DNA from: Candidatus Latescibacterota bacterium
GTDB taxonomy: Bacteria > Latescibacterota > UBA2968 > UBA8231
NCBI GenBank assembly: GCA_965242865.1
Contig: CBDETK010000013.1
Coordinates: 4,736,001-4,800,000 of the forward strand
DNA length: 64,000 nt
Direction of reading: 5' to 3'
The stretch's first letter is position 1, and every line of letters starts with the position of its first letter. The translations under genes were made by a program, and so were the position numbers. The notes below the pieces were generated by a model. The model did no database searches. It had not been told where the DNA came from and worked only from the letters and a program-made list of their open reading frames with translations. Shown here one piece after another: positions 1 through 9,781 of this stretch.

Positions 1-340
1 GCACCCGCACCCGCTTAATCGCCCGGTCCAGCCCCAGATCGACGGTAAACTGCTTGTCGAACACGTGGTTGGTGCCCGAGATCCACTCGCTCCGCACGAG
101 GTCAATCGCGCCATCCGTTAGGGGCACGGGCTTGTCAAAATCGTCGATCACCGATCGTCCTAAAGCCACGTTTACAGCCTCGTCCAACTGCGCCAGAATG
201 ACGAGGCTATCGGGATGCACCTGTACGCCTTGGGTCGCTCCCAAGGCAAAGGTCTCGACCGCGTCCACCACCCAAGTCTTTAATTCGGCGCGACACGGAC
301 TCAACGAAAGCACCAGCAAAAGTGCGCCCAGCCCCAGCAC
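1..340 (-). CDS. Partial secreted protein, runs off the window edge; possible discoidin/F5-8-like motif
   Basis: Manually read open frame from GTG at 340 (VLGLGALLLVLSLSPCRA-E... FTVDLGLDRAIKRVRV), signal-peptide-like start, directly downstream of 342..992. Confidence 0.55.
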   Translation of the reverse strand, partial: MLGLGALLLVLSLSPCRAELKTWVVDAVETFALGATQGVQVHPDSLVILAQLDEAVNVALGRSVIDDFDKPVPLTDGAIDLVRSEWISGTNHVFDKQFTVDLGLDRAIKRVRV

Positions 341-341
341 T

Positions 342-992
342 TCAGAATAGCAATCGCTGGGTTAGGCTGGTCACCACCGCGATGGCGAGGGCCTCCTCCA
401 ACTCCCGCGAGTTGAAGGTCATGACAATGCCGGCATCCACTGGGCTTTTCTTGCTCACTTTGCCGGTCTTGAGATCCTTCACCGCGACCTCGACCTGCAC
501 CCGTTGCGTTTGCGGCGAGAATACTTTGCGCACCCGCTGACTGGTAATTATGGCCGTGCCGCTAATTTCCAAGTCGGCCTCGTCCGAGTCCTCGGCCACG
601 AGCGCGAAGGGATTGTTCACCTGCCGCACGCTGTCTTCGTCTAGCACCTCGACCCGGTCCGTCTGCATGAAGACCCGCACCCGCTGCTTGCGGAGCTCGC
701 GCAACAAGGCCCCGGACAGGTCCTCAATGCGCGAAGGCCGAGTAATCTGCAACAATCGGTTGCCGTGGCTGGCGAGGGCGTTGGTGCTGTACTGGCCCCC
801 TTGATCCGCGACCGAATTGGCACTCCGCGGATCGACCACGTTGGCCTTGCTCTCAACCGGAAATTCCTTGACGTATATTTTGACCGGCATCGCCGGCGGG
901 TTGGGCAAGCTGGTGTCCTTGAGGGCCTCGTACTTCAAAGTGCAGGCCGTCAAGCCGACGAGCAGCAGCGCGCCGAGACATATCTTTTTCAT
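342..992 (-). CDS. Hypothetical lipoprotein
   Basis: 216 aa; MKK + hydrophobic stretch + LTAC lipobox; 4-nt overlap with upstream gene. Confidence 0.75.
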   Translation of the reverse strand: MKKICLGALLLVGLTACTLKYEALKDTSLPNPPAMPVKIYVKEFPVESKANVVDPRSANSVADQGGQYSTNALASHGNRLLQITRPSRIEDLSGALLRELRKQRVRVFMQTDRVEVLDEDSVRQVNNPFALVAEDSDEADLEISGTAIITSQRVRKVFSPQTQRVQVEVAVKDLKTGKVSKKSPVDAGIVMTFNSRELEEALAIAVVTSLTQRLLF

Positions 993-1771
993 GGGCTATT
1001 CTCCACCCAACGCACGCCGTGATCGACCTTGAAGTGGAATTTCAGGTCGGTAAATTCCGTTGGATTGCCGTACCCTACTTGAAAGCGATCAAAGGCCAGA
1101 ATGAATTCGTTTACTTCGAGGGTGAACGACCTCGTCTCGGCCGGCAGCGGCGGAAAGGTCAGCTTGCCGCTGTATATGGAGCCTTTGCGCACGGGCTTTT
1201 CCCGGCTGTACTCGCTCTTGCTCCAGATTGGGTCGCGGTCCAAGCTGGCGTGGTATTTCACATTGCCTTCTTGCCCCCCCCACTTCAAGTAGGAATAATC
1301 GAAAAACTCGTCCGCGTCGTACCAATTGCCCGCCCCTTGGCGGCAGAGCAGGCGGCGGTCGTCGTCCAAGCGCAGAATGGCCTGCGTGGGATCGAGCTCC
1401 ACCCGCTCCCGAGTGCGGTTGATCACCGTCACGTCAAAAACGGTCCACAGCGGCGGCGTGTAATCCAACCCGGGGATTTCGACGCCCGTGAGCGTATAGG
1501 GCGTGAAGCGGGTGCCGTATTCGGCGTCGAGCATGGCATCGTCGTAGAACTTGACCTTGACTTGCACCCCTTGCTCGCTCCACACGACCGAGCTGTCAAT
1601 TGGATCGATGTAATAGGTATCTCCAGCGGGCAGGACCGGGTCCAGCTCGATGACGTACTCGCGCTGGGCCTGCGATTCGAGGGAGCGGAGGGTGGCGCAT
1701 CCCCCGGCGGCCAACGCCACGCACAGCAGGACGCGAATGTGTTTTGCGCTTGGTCTCATCTGCGTTCGCAT
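989..1771 (-). CDS. Hypothetical lipoprotein
   Basis: 260 aa; LAAGGC lipobox-like; tight operon spacing. Confidence 0.75.
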   Translation of the reverse strand: MRTQMRPSAKHIRVLLCVALAAGGCATLRSLESQAQREYVIELDPVLPAGDTYYIDPIDSSVVWSEQGVQVKVKFYDDAMLDAEYGTRFTPYTLTGVEIPGLDYTPPLWTVFDVTVINRTRERVELDPTQAILRLDDDRRLLCRQGAGNWYDADEFFDYSYLKWGGQEGNVKYHASLDRDPIWSKSEYSREKPVRKGSIYSGKLTFPPLPAETRSFTLEVNEFILAFDRFQVGYGNPTEFTDLKFHFKVDHGVRWVENSP

Positions 1772-1773
1772 CG

Positions 1774-4743
1774 TTAGAAGGGGGATATTAGCTCCACAAA
1801 GAGGATGCCTTGCTTGGAATCGGGCCGCCCTGCATGGCTAAAGTCTCGCCGCGTGCGCTGATAGCCGAAGAATATCGAATTGTCGCGGATGCCAAAGTAA
1901 TCTGCGGTGATGCTCAGCATGGCCAGATAATCGGTTTGGCTGTACGTCTCGTCCTCAAAGGCGCGATCCCAGTGCTTAAACGGCAGCAAGGGCAGCCCTT
2001 GGATGCCCAACTGAAAGCTGGTCTTGGGCGTGAGCTTGTACCGCCCCATTACGATGGGGATGAAGTCGCTGTACGACTTTCGCGGCCCCTCTTCGCTATC
2101 GACCTGCTCAAAGATCGTCCGGTGCTTGAGCTTGGGCGTGATGCTGAAGGCCCCCCAGCTGTGGGTAAAGTCGATCTTGTTGACGATGGAAAAGCGCGAG
2201 CGCACATCTTGGGGCTGCAACAGCCCGCTGCCGTCGGCAAGCTCAATTTCGGCTTGGCTGTTGCGCTGCCACAGGAAGCCGTTTTCAATGTTGAAGCCGC
2301 GGAAGCCCTGATAGGTGCTGTCGAAAAAGAGGAGATGCACAAAGCTGTCGCGCATCAGTAGCTCGTCCGGCGTGGCCGGCCGCCAAAAGCCGGCGCGCTC
2401 GGGCGGCCCGTCCGGCTCGTTGAACCAGTTGATGACCTCTATATCGTCAATGGGCACTCGGTACACGTACGTGTGATCCGGGATGTCGTCTTTGACCTGC
2501 TTGGCGTCGAAGTTGATTTTCAGCGCGCCAACGCCGCGCTTTTCCACCGAATAGGCGTAGCGGAAGTACATCCCCTCGGACTTGCCCGGGCCGGCGATCT
2601 GGCTGTTGTCGTAGCGGCCTATGCTGATGAACTTGCCCCAGCGCCCCAAGCGGTCGTAGCGGAGGAAGAGGTGGTTGCCCCGTTGGTCGCGCGGGTAGGG
2701 GTAGTCTGGCTTGTCGTCGTTTTCGCGGAAATCGGGCACGTTGTTGTTGTTGAAGTCAATTCCATAGACAAATTCGGGCGGCTCTGAATCATAGGTCAGA
2801 AACGCCTCTTCCCAATCGACGATGAAGTTCTCGTTGCGGTCCATGTCCGGGATGTTATCGACGTTCTCGTCGAGGCCCGGATACACCGAGGCACTCGGAT
2901 TGCCGGGATAAAGCAACCGCGGCTCAGCAGTGGCCGTATCGTCGCTGTGGCTATCGGGGAAGCTGTCGTGATCGTCGTTGTCCTCGTGGAGCGGGAACTC
3001 CTCGGTGACCGTAGAGGTCCGCTCGCCGGGCGCAGGCTGCCCATCGTAGTGGAAGGCCATGCCGCCGCGATAGCTGTCGTACCCGCCGCCGTAGTCGGGC
3101 TCCATGCGGTACAGCTCGCCGCCCACGGCCAAGCCGCCGGCGAGATCCTTGACGCCCTTGACCCACCACGCCAAGGCGCGCTCGCTGCTGCGCTCGCCCT
3201 CGTTATTGCCGACCGGGAACATGAAGTTCTGCAGGTTGTGCGCCATCTCGCCGCTGACTTCCAGCCCTACCAAGTCGATCTGATAGTTGATCGAGGCCAA
3301 GCTCTGCCCGGTGGGAATGCCGTAGTCAAAGGAGACCATCCGCCGATTGGCACCGCTACTGTCGCTGCCATCGGCGCGGACGACGGTGTAATAGATTTCC
3401 TCGTCTTCGTCTGTGTACCACTTGAACGGACGCCGGATGGCCCGCTCGTTGCTTTTAGTGATAGGGGCGGGCCAAGCCGACTCAGTGATCGTGGCGTCGC
3501 CCCGGCGGCTGATGTTGAAGAAGTCGTGGGTCTGGCTGACGCCAATTCGGTAATCGCCAGCCACGTCGGCGACAAAACGCGCCGAGCGCACCGTCACGTC
3601 CGGCGGAAGGACAAAGGTGTACACCACCGGCACCTTGCCTTCGGCCTCGCGCCCGCCGCCGGCGAGGGCGGCCCCCCCTTCGGGCGGCCCGGCTTCTATC
3701 GACGGATCGTAATCCGGGTCGTCGTCGAGGCTGGTCAGGCGCACCGGCTCTGCGTTGCGCTCGCCCTCGAGGACGATGTCCACGCCATAGACTATGGCAT
3801 TGGCGCGGGCGTTGTCGGGCGAGTCGTCGGCCACGAAGACGCGGATGGTCTTGGGGCCGAGCATCTCGTAGGGCAAGTCACCGCGCCAAGCACTGGTGCG
3901 CGACAGCGCTGGCGAGGCCATAATTTGGTTGACGAGCGTCCCGCCAACGCTGGCAAAGCTACCTACTTCGTGCTGCCAGTGGCCGCCAAAGAGCAGCACC
4001 GGCGAATTGTCCCAAGCGTCGTCGCCTTCTTGACCAAAGGCCCATTTGGAGAATAGCTGAGCACCGGAGTGGTCGCCGCCGCGTGAATAGAGGAACGTCG
4101 CCCGGTCGCGCGCCTTGTAGTTGATGTCCATGCGCAACACGTTCAGCTTGCTGTTGACCAGCGTGAGCGGCGTGAAGATGGTGCGCACATCCGTCGCACC
4201 GTCCGGTGAGCCCACGTTGCCCACTGTGGCGATCCAGTGCAAATCCTTGTGCGTGTAGTGGCCGATCCGAAACGAGCGATACTTGTGGTCGATGTAGCTA
4301 TACCCACTAAAGTCGTTGCCACTGCGCGATTCTTCTATCGTCAGGAGCCGCTGATAGCCACCGCCCATGTAGTTGCCCATCCGGTCCCAACCCACTTTGC
4401 GGGTCCGCTCCGTGCGGCCCGACGGGGTGGCCCAAGCAACCGTCTCTCGGTAGTAAGCAATGTATTTTTCGTCGGCGTAGTTGAGATAGGGAACGCTCAC
4501 TGCGGCGTTGAGGAAGGCCCTCCCGATCCCTCGGTCATAGCGGTCTTGGGGGCCGCGCAGGAAGGGGGGCCGCTTTTTCCACGGGGGGTCTTGCGGTGTG
4601 CCGGGAGCAGGGTTGTAATAGGGCCGCGCACCAGCAGATTCAGGGTGGCGCTGCGCCTCGGCTGGCGCGGACAAGCCAGTACCAACCAGCACGGACAAGA
4701 CCACCCAGCACTTGACAATACGGCGTTTTAGGAAATACAGCAT
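1774..4743 (-). CDS. Large secreted or outer-membrane protein with Asp-rich putative Ca-binding loops
   Basis: 989 aa; signal peptide; DxDxD/DxNxN motifs (EDNDDHD, DENVDNIPD, DFNNNNVPD); C-terminal Phe; GAGGGG RBS. Confidence 0.75.
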   Translation of the reverse strand: MLYFLKRRIVKCWVVLSVLVGTGLSAPAEAQRHPESAGARPYYNPAPGTPQDPPWKKRPPFLRGPQDRYDRGIGRAFLNAAVSVPYLNYADEKYIAYYRETVAWATPSGRTERTRKVGWDRMGNYMGGGYQRLLTIEESRSGNDFSGYSYIDHKYRSFRIGHYTHKDLHWIATVGNVGSPDGATDVRTIFTPLTLVNSKLNVLRMDINYKARDRATFLYSRGGDHSGAQLFSKWAFGQEGDDAWDNSPVLLFGGHWQHEVGSFASVGGTLVNQIMASPALSRTSAWRGDLPYEMLGPKTIRVFVADDSPDNARANAIVYGVDIVLEGERNAEPVRLTSLDDDPDYDPSIEAGPPEGGAALAGGGREAEGKVPVVYTFVLPPDVTVRSARFVADVAGDYRIGVSQTHDFFNISRRGDATITESAWPAPITKSNERAIRRPFKWYTDEDEEIYYTVVRADGSDSSGANRRMVSFDYGIPTGQSLASINYQIDLVGLEVSGEMAHNLQNFMFPVGNNEGERSSERALAWWVKGVKDLAGGLAVGGELYRMEPDYGGGYDSYRGGMAFHYDGQPAPGERTSTVTEEFPLHEDNDDHDSFPDSHSDDTATAEPRLLYPGNPSASVYPGLDENVDNIPDMDRNENFIVDWEEAFLTYDSEPPEFVYGIDFNNNNVPDFRENDDKPDYPYPRDQRGNHLFLRYDRLGRWGKFISIGRYDNSQIAGPGKSEGMYFRYAYSVEKRGVGALKINFDAKQVKDDIPDHTYVYRVPIDDIEVINWFNEPDGPPERAGFWRPATPDELLMRDSFVHLLFFDSTYQGFRGFNIENGFLWQRNSQAEIELADGSGLLQPQDVRSRFSIVNKIDFTHSWGAFSITPKLKHRTIFEQVDSEEGPRKSYSDFIPIVMGRYKLTPKTSFQLGIQGLPLLPFKHWDRAFEDETYSQTDYLAMLSITADYFGIRDNSIFFGYQRTRRDFSHAGRPDSKQGILFVELISPF

Positions 4744-4828
4744 GAAAACCCCTCGCGGGTCACTTGCGTATTGAGTAACTGAAAATCAACGGGCGAAAAC
4801 ATATACTTGCCAAATCTCGCGGGTCAAG

Positions 4829-4868
4829 AAAAAAAAACGGGAAGCAGGCGTCAAGCCCACTTCCCGTC
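4829..4868 (-). terminator. Rho-independent terminator
   Basis: Minus strand ACGGGAAG...CTTCCCG followed by a T-run, downstream of 4899..5852. Confidence 0.75.
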
Positions 4869-4898
4869 TTTCGTATAAACCTATCCAAGAGCCGTTGA

Positions 4899-5852
4899 CT
4901 ACTGGACGAAGGTCTCCTTGACGCGGCCCCAAGAATCGTCCTCAACCGAGGTTCCTGTCGGACCAGCCTGATCATCCACAAAGACATAGTTGGCGAACTC
5001 GGACATATTGCCACCCGCCCAAGCCACGCACTGGATCTGGCCGCCATAAGCGTCTTCGCCATCGGGATCGATCGGCAGCCAAGCAAAGCCCATCTCCGAG
5101 CCAACCGTGGGGGCTTCGTAGAGGTTTCCGTTGCGGAGGAAGGTATCCCACGGCAGCTTGCCTTCAATCACGTAGTCGGCGTCGCCATCTTCGCCGAACT
5201 CGGAGCCGGCGTCGCGGAAGCCGTATTCAAACCCATCAATCGCGTCGGGGTCGTGGACATCCACGCGCGCCATATCCACAGTGGTGATTAAGCAGACAGA
5301 CCACTCGTGCGAGCCAAAGGGCAGAGCCATGAAGTTGACCACATTCAAGTTGACGAACTCTCTGGTCGGGTCACCACCGGGGTGATCTTCATTATTCAGG
5401 TCGAGGTAGAGAGATATGCTGTCGCGCTCCCACCAAGCCCGAGCTTCACCCCCGCCCTCGGTGTCTCGGACATTGTCGCTGACCTCGGCGAGATAGTACA
5501 GGGCATCGTCGTCCCACGCCTGTAGGATGACCGACTCGAAATCGGCGTTGGTGCGGCCCTCGCCTGCAACCTCGGTCTCGCCGTTTTCATTGAGCTGGTT
5601 GGTGCTGACTTCGCTAGCCTGCTGCTCGATATTGCGCCAGCCATACTCTTGACCATCGAGCTGGATCTGGTCTGGCGAGCAGGGAAATTCCAGCGCACCA
5701 GCCCACTCGTCAGCCACGGTTGCGCGGTCGCCATCGAGCGTGGGGGCTTGGGTGAACTTGGGCAAGTCGAAGTAGCGCACAGGTGGCTGGGCGCTGGCCA
5801 GCGTCGTAAAACAAAGGGCCGCAATAGCGACCAAAAGAGCCAACTTCTTCAT
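4899..5852 (-). CDS. Secreted CBM9/DOMON-like sugar-binding protein
   Basis: APTLDG..EW, AWDDDALY..V.D, DSISLYLD, YVIEGKLPW motifs; signal peptide; AAGGAG RBS. Confidence 0.7.
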   Translation of the reverse strand: MKKLALLVAIAALCFTTLASAQPPVRYFDLPKFTQAPTLDGDRATVADEWAGALEFPCSPDQIQLDGQEYGWRNIEQQASEVSTNQLNENGETEVAGEGRTNADFESVILQAWDDDALYYLAEVSDNVRDTEGGGEARAWWERDSISLYLDLNNEDHPGGDPTREFVNLNVVNFMALPFGSHEWSVCLITTVDMARVDVHDPDAIDGFEYGFRDAGSEFGEDGDADYVIEGKLPWDTFLRNGNLYEAPTVGSEMGFAWLPIDPDGEDAYGGQIQCVAWAGGNMSEFANYVFVDDQAGPTGTSVEDDSWGRVKETFVQ

Positions 5853-5974
5853 TACTGCATCTCCTTAGCTGTGAGAAGTGGACGAAAAATTTGAAGGGTT
5901 TATAGTAAATTCTCGCTAAAAGGCTGTCAAGAAAAAAGTTGCTCTACATGCGTCTTCTGCATTCGTCTGCGTCC

Positions 5975-6356
5975 CCTATCGTTTGTAGCCAATAAAGGCC
6001 AGCGGGGGTGGTAATCAACCTTTTAACAAGATGCTTACAAGCAAGCCGACCAACGCGACAAATGTTCCGATTTGAATACCAATAAGCCAGTCAATCCGCC
6101 GGTTGACAGCGGCGAACTCTCGCTGCATGTCTTGGCGTAGCACGGCAATGTCTTGGCGCGTATCCTGTCGCAGCGCGGCAATGTCCTCGCGTTGGTGAGG
6201 CTCGATCCGGTCCAAGCGGCGCTCAATGGAGTCGAGCCGCTTGGATAGCTCGGCCACGACGCTGGGCAGCGGATCAGGATTTAGTTCGGGGGGAGTGGTC
6301 ATGATCTGCAACTCCTATCGTTTGTAGCCAATAAGGCTAGCGGGGTGGGTGGTAAT
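5975..6356. repeat. ~41-bp direct repeat pair (5975-6015, 6314-6356) flanking a small gene
   Basis: CCTATCGTTTGTAGCCAATAA(A)GGC(C/T)AGCGGGG..GTGGTAAT present twice. Confidence 0.85.
6015..6311 (-). CDS. Small coiled-coil protein with C-terminal TM helix (CCDC90/DUF1640-like)
   Basis: 11-aa repeats (REDIAALRQDT RQDIAVLRQDM) plus hydrophobic tail; AGGAG RBS; start may be ATG at 6302. Confidence 0.7.
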   Translation of the reverse strand: MQIMTTPPELNPDPLPSVVAELSKRLDSIERRLDRIEPHQREDIAALRQDTRQDIAVLRQDMQREFAAVNRRIDWLIGIQIGTFVALVGLLVSILLKG

Positions 6357-6451
6357 TCTGAGACTTCTGTCTGTTTATAGACAGAGCTACTATTATAAGA
6401 TAGTTTCTAAACAAAACACAGGTTTTCCACCGAGATCGCGCATTCAATCCC

Positions 6452-7483
6452 GTGAAACCTCTCTTCCTCATCGGATGGGCCGCCATCCTATTCGGCAACC
6501 AACCAGCCAACGCCCAGCCGCACATCTACACCATCGGCCTAGTCTTTACCGATCTCGTCGATCAAGAGGCCCTGCCCGTCCACCTCGCCGATCAACACCC
6601 CCTCTTAATGCGGGAAATCGACCGCACACTCAGCGACCTCTTTGCCGGCATGGGCCGCTTTCGCGCCGTGCGCTTGCCGAGCAGCGGCGAGGCCCGCGAT
6701 CCTGTATATCAAGGGGAAGAATCCGTCGATTACATCGCCCATTTCATGCTCAACAAGGCTTATAAAACATACCACAACAAGGTCATTCGCTACGAGAATT
6801 TGGGCCTGTTCGACGACGGAAGGCCGAGCGAAGACCGTTCTTATGAAGTGATTTCCCTGCCCGCCATCGTCGCCCAATTCGAAGTCAAGCTGGAGGACCC
6901 GCGCCGGGACAGAATTTTTTGGTCGGACTTGCGCGACACGTCGGCCGTGATACCTTATGACAATCAGCTATACCTTTATAATAGTTGGAAGTATCCGGGC
7001 GCGTCGCATCCGAGTTTGACGCGCGCTTTCCTAGCCGACCTCCTCCGGTTGCAGATGGCTAATCCCTCCACAGAACGCGCCCTGAACGTCGCCGAGCGTT
7101 GGTTTATCTCCAAGCCCAGTAGCGACCTCGCCGTTGCCCGAGGGGTGTTAAAGGGGCTGGCGGACCATCTAGCGCCCGACCTAGACGCGAATTTGCCGCT
7201 AGAGGGCCGCATCGCCGCCCTATTGCCCACGCGAAAAGGCAAGCCCCACGTCCGGCTCAACATCGGCGCTCGGCACGGGCTGCTAAAGCGAATGCGGTTC
7301 GAGGTGTGGCGGCCTAGGCCATCGCAGCAGAAAGTCGGGCAAATAGAGGTGGTTGAGATAGACTCCACTACGGCCATCGCTCGGCTGCGAAAACTCGACA
7401 AGGCACTCAAAAAACGCGGCGATGGCCTACAAATCCAAGACCGAGTCATTTCCCCCAAACGCCCTTTAAGGAGGTCACTATGA
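6452..7483 (+). CDS. Hypothetical secreted protein
   Basis: 343 aa; signal peptide; overlaps the next start. Confidence 0.65.
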   Translation: MKPLFLIGWAAILFGNQPANAQPHIYTIGLVFTDLVDQEALPVHLADQHPLLMREIDRTLSDLFAGMGRFRAVRLPSSGEARDPVYQGEESVDYIAHFMLNKAYKTYHNKVIRYENLGLFDDGRPSEDRSYEVISLPAIVAQFEVKLEDPRRDRIFWSDLRDTSAVIPYDNQLYLYNSWKYPGASHPSLTRAFLADLLRLQMANPSTERALNVAERWFISKPSSDLAVARGVLKGLADHLAPDLDANLPLEGRIAALLPTRKGKPHVRLNIGARHGLLKRMRFEVWRPRPSQQKVGQIEVVEIDSTTAIARLRKLDKALKKRGDGLQIQDRVISPKRPLRRSL

Positions 7484-8682
7484 GTAAAAAATGGGTCTCC
7501 ACGCGCTTTGCCTCGCCCGCTCAAGGCTTCGACCTTGACAGTCTGGTCCGCCGCCTGCGCCGAGGCTTTTATATCGCCCTAGCCTCGGCTGCGGCCCTCC
7601 TACTCGTCGTCGTTGCGATCAACCCCTTTGAGCAAGACGAGAAAAAGACGCCTCGCCCCCTGACGACCAAGTTCATCAAGCGCGAGCCGCGCCTGACCAA
7701 GCCGCTGGAGTTGCGCAAAATCCCCCAGCCCAAGCGTCAGCTCGCCCGCCGCGAAGTCCAGCTCGCGCAAGCGCGCATGGATCAAGTACAGGCTACGGCC
7801 TCGTTCAATACCCGCAGCCTCATCGCCGGGGTCAGCGGCTCGGGGATTCGCCTGTCTGGGCAATCCGCCTTCAGCCCCACGGGGACCATGACCATTGAGC
7901 CTAAGCTGACGGCCGCGGCCGTGACCAGCACCCGCACCTCCGAGCACAAAATCGACATGGGTCTAGAGATGCTCGACGTCAACGACATGGACACCGGTCG
8001 CTACCGCGCCATTATCGTCCAAGACGCCACGGACAAGCAGGCCATCAAGGGCTTTGTCAAGATGGCCCAAGTCGTATCCTCGCGGGCATTGGCCGGCAAC
8101 GCCGGGCTCAACGTCAAAACCATTGACCGGCTGCGCGATGTGGTCAACGAATACACTGGCCTCAAGGCCGAATTCCTCGGCTTTGTCACGTTCGACGACC
8201 CGCGGCTAATGGAAGTACCCATCATCCTACCCTACGGCTCGCCCAACGAGACCGAAATGGCCAACTTGGCTCAGTACCTCAAGTCGGGCGGCTTTACCTT
8301 TACGTTTAACGGAATCTATGAAGAAGCCCTCGAAAAGTACGGCGGCCTAGTCCGCGGCAAGGACTTCTGGTCCGAGCGGCTGCCGGAAGATCACCCCGTC
8401 TATACCGCCTTTTTCGACCTAAGTGGAGGCATGCCTTTTGGCTATTCTCCCTCGCTAGGGCAGGGCAAGTCGGGCGTCAGGACTTGGAACTATCTGCGCG
8501 GCCATTACATCAAAGGTAGGTTAGCGGGCGTCACGCCCGGCGACACCGGCGGCTGGGGTTGGCAAAACGACACGCGCGGCGGGGACTCAACGCGCCAGCT
8601 ACAACTGGCGGTCAACATCATCATCTACGCCCTGACGCAGGAAGGCTCCATTACCCAACGCCTAATGCAGATGGTCAACTAG
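7480..8682 (+). CDS. Membrane-anchored DUF4159-like protein
   Basis: N-terminal TM helix; C-terminal YLKSGGF, LPEDHPVY..FFD, AVNIIIYALT motifs; AGGAGG RBS. Confidence 0.7.
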   Translation: MSKKWVSTRFASPAQGFDLDSLVRRLRRGFYIALASAAALLLVVVAINPFEQDEKKTPRPLTTKFIKREPRLTKPLELRKIPQPKRQLARREVQLAQARMDQVQATASFNTRSLIAGVSGSGIRLSGQSAFSPTGTMTIEPKLTAAAVTSTRTSEHKIDMGLEMLDVNDMDTGRYRAIIVQDATDKQAIKGFVKMAQVVSSRALAGNAGLNVKTIDRLRDVVNEYTGLKAEFLGFVTFDDPRLMEVPIILPYGSPNETEMANLAQYLKSGGFTFTFNGIYEEALEKYGGLVRGKDFWSERLPEDHPVYTAFFDLSGGMPFGYSPSLGQGKSGVRTWNYLRGHYIKGRLAGVTPGDTGGWGWQNDTRGGDSTRQLQLAVNIIIYALTQEGSITQRLMQMVN

Positions 8683-8761
8683 TCGCCCAATGCCCTCTTT
8701 GTGCCTTTTGTGCCTCTTGTGGCCCTCTATACCAAACCAAGGCAAGAATCAGCCGCACTAC

Positions 8762-9580
8762 ATGTCCAAGCTCGCCCTAGCCGGCCTGTGCGTCGGCCTC
8801 TTGAGTTGCGCCGCCCAACAGGCCGAGTACTACATCGACCAACTCGCCGATCCACGACGTCAAGTCCGCCTCGACGCCAGCCATGCCTTGGTCCAACTAG
8901 GCGGCGCAACTATCGAGCCATTGATGGAGCGCGCGGCCACGGGCAGCGATACCCTGCGCTACATTGCCGCCCAAGTCCTCGGCCAAATCGGCGACCGGCG
9001 CGCCATCCCGTTCCTCAAATCGCTCCTCCGCGATGAAAACCTCCATGTCCGCGAACAAGCCGTCCGCGCCCTCGGCCAGCTCGACGCGCCCCAGCTCCAC
9101 CCCACCGTAGCCAGCGTCCTCGCCGGCGACTCAGTGCCCGAGGTGCGCGGCGCGGCCGCTTGGAGCTTGGGCAACCTCCGCGACACCACGGCCGTGCCCT
9201 CGCTGGTGCGCGCCTTGGCAGATACCGTGCCCTCGGTGCGCCGACAAGCCCTCGCCGCGCTGCAATTTCTGTGGACATCGGCCGCCGAAGCAGCGGTCCT
9301 CAACGCGCTCAGAGACCGCGACGCCAACGTGCGCTACGTCGCCGCGCAGCTATTGGGGCACCACCGAACTCACCGCGCCTTCGACGCACTGTGCCTCGCC
9401 TTGACCGACGACAATATCTGGGTCCGCGTGGAGAGCGCCCGCACCCTCGGCCGCATCGGCGACCCCGCGGCCGTGGCCCCGCTAGAACGCCTATTCGCCG
9501 AGCGCGAAGGCCCCGACCACGAGGCAGCAAAAGAAGCATTGCAACTGCTCACGGGCCTGAACTACGCAGTCGCCCCGTAG
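8762..9580 (+). CDS. HEAT-repeat lipoprotein
   Basis: ATG at 8762 gives LLSC lipobox; repeated 'L.D....VR..A..ALG' units. Confidence 0.85.
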   Translation: MSKLALAGLCVGLLSCAAQQAEYYIDQLADPRRQVRLDASHALVQLGGATIEPLMERAATGSDTLRYIAAQVLGQIGDRRAIPFLKSLLRDENLHVREQAVRALGQLDAPQLHPTVASVLAGDSVPEVRGAAAWSLGNLRDTTAVPSLVRALADTVPSVRRQALAALQFLWTSAAEAAVLNALRDRDANVRYVAAQLLGHHRTHRAFDALCLALTDDNIWVRVESARTLGRIGDPAAVAPLERLFAEREGPDHEAAKEALQLLTGLNYAVAP

Positions 9581-9781
9581 CCTTGCGCGTCTCGCCGCTG
9601 CTTTGCGCCGCTTCGTCATCCCGCGCACGAACGTCACCCCGTGCTCCGACACGGGGCGGGAATCCAGTCGCCCCGTAGCCGTACGCATCTTGCCGCTTTT
9701 TTGCGCCGTTTCGTCATTCCCGCGAAAGCGGGAATCCAGTCGCCCCGTAGCCTTGCGCGTCTCATCGCTGCTTTGCGCCGC
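9568..9781. repeat. Triplicated ~43-bp gene junction separated by two GTCATTCCCGC..GCGGGAATCCAG palindromes
   Basis: AGTCGCCCCGTAGCC...TTTGCGCCG at ~9568, ~9666 and ~9738. Confidence 0.8.

Noticed and set aside
2947-4056. Long antisense ORFs (also 9993..10943, 17539..18474, 30686..31732)
   Set aside because: Shadow frames of well-supported genes in high-GC DNA.
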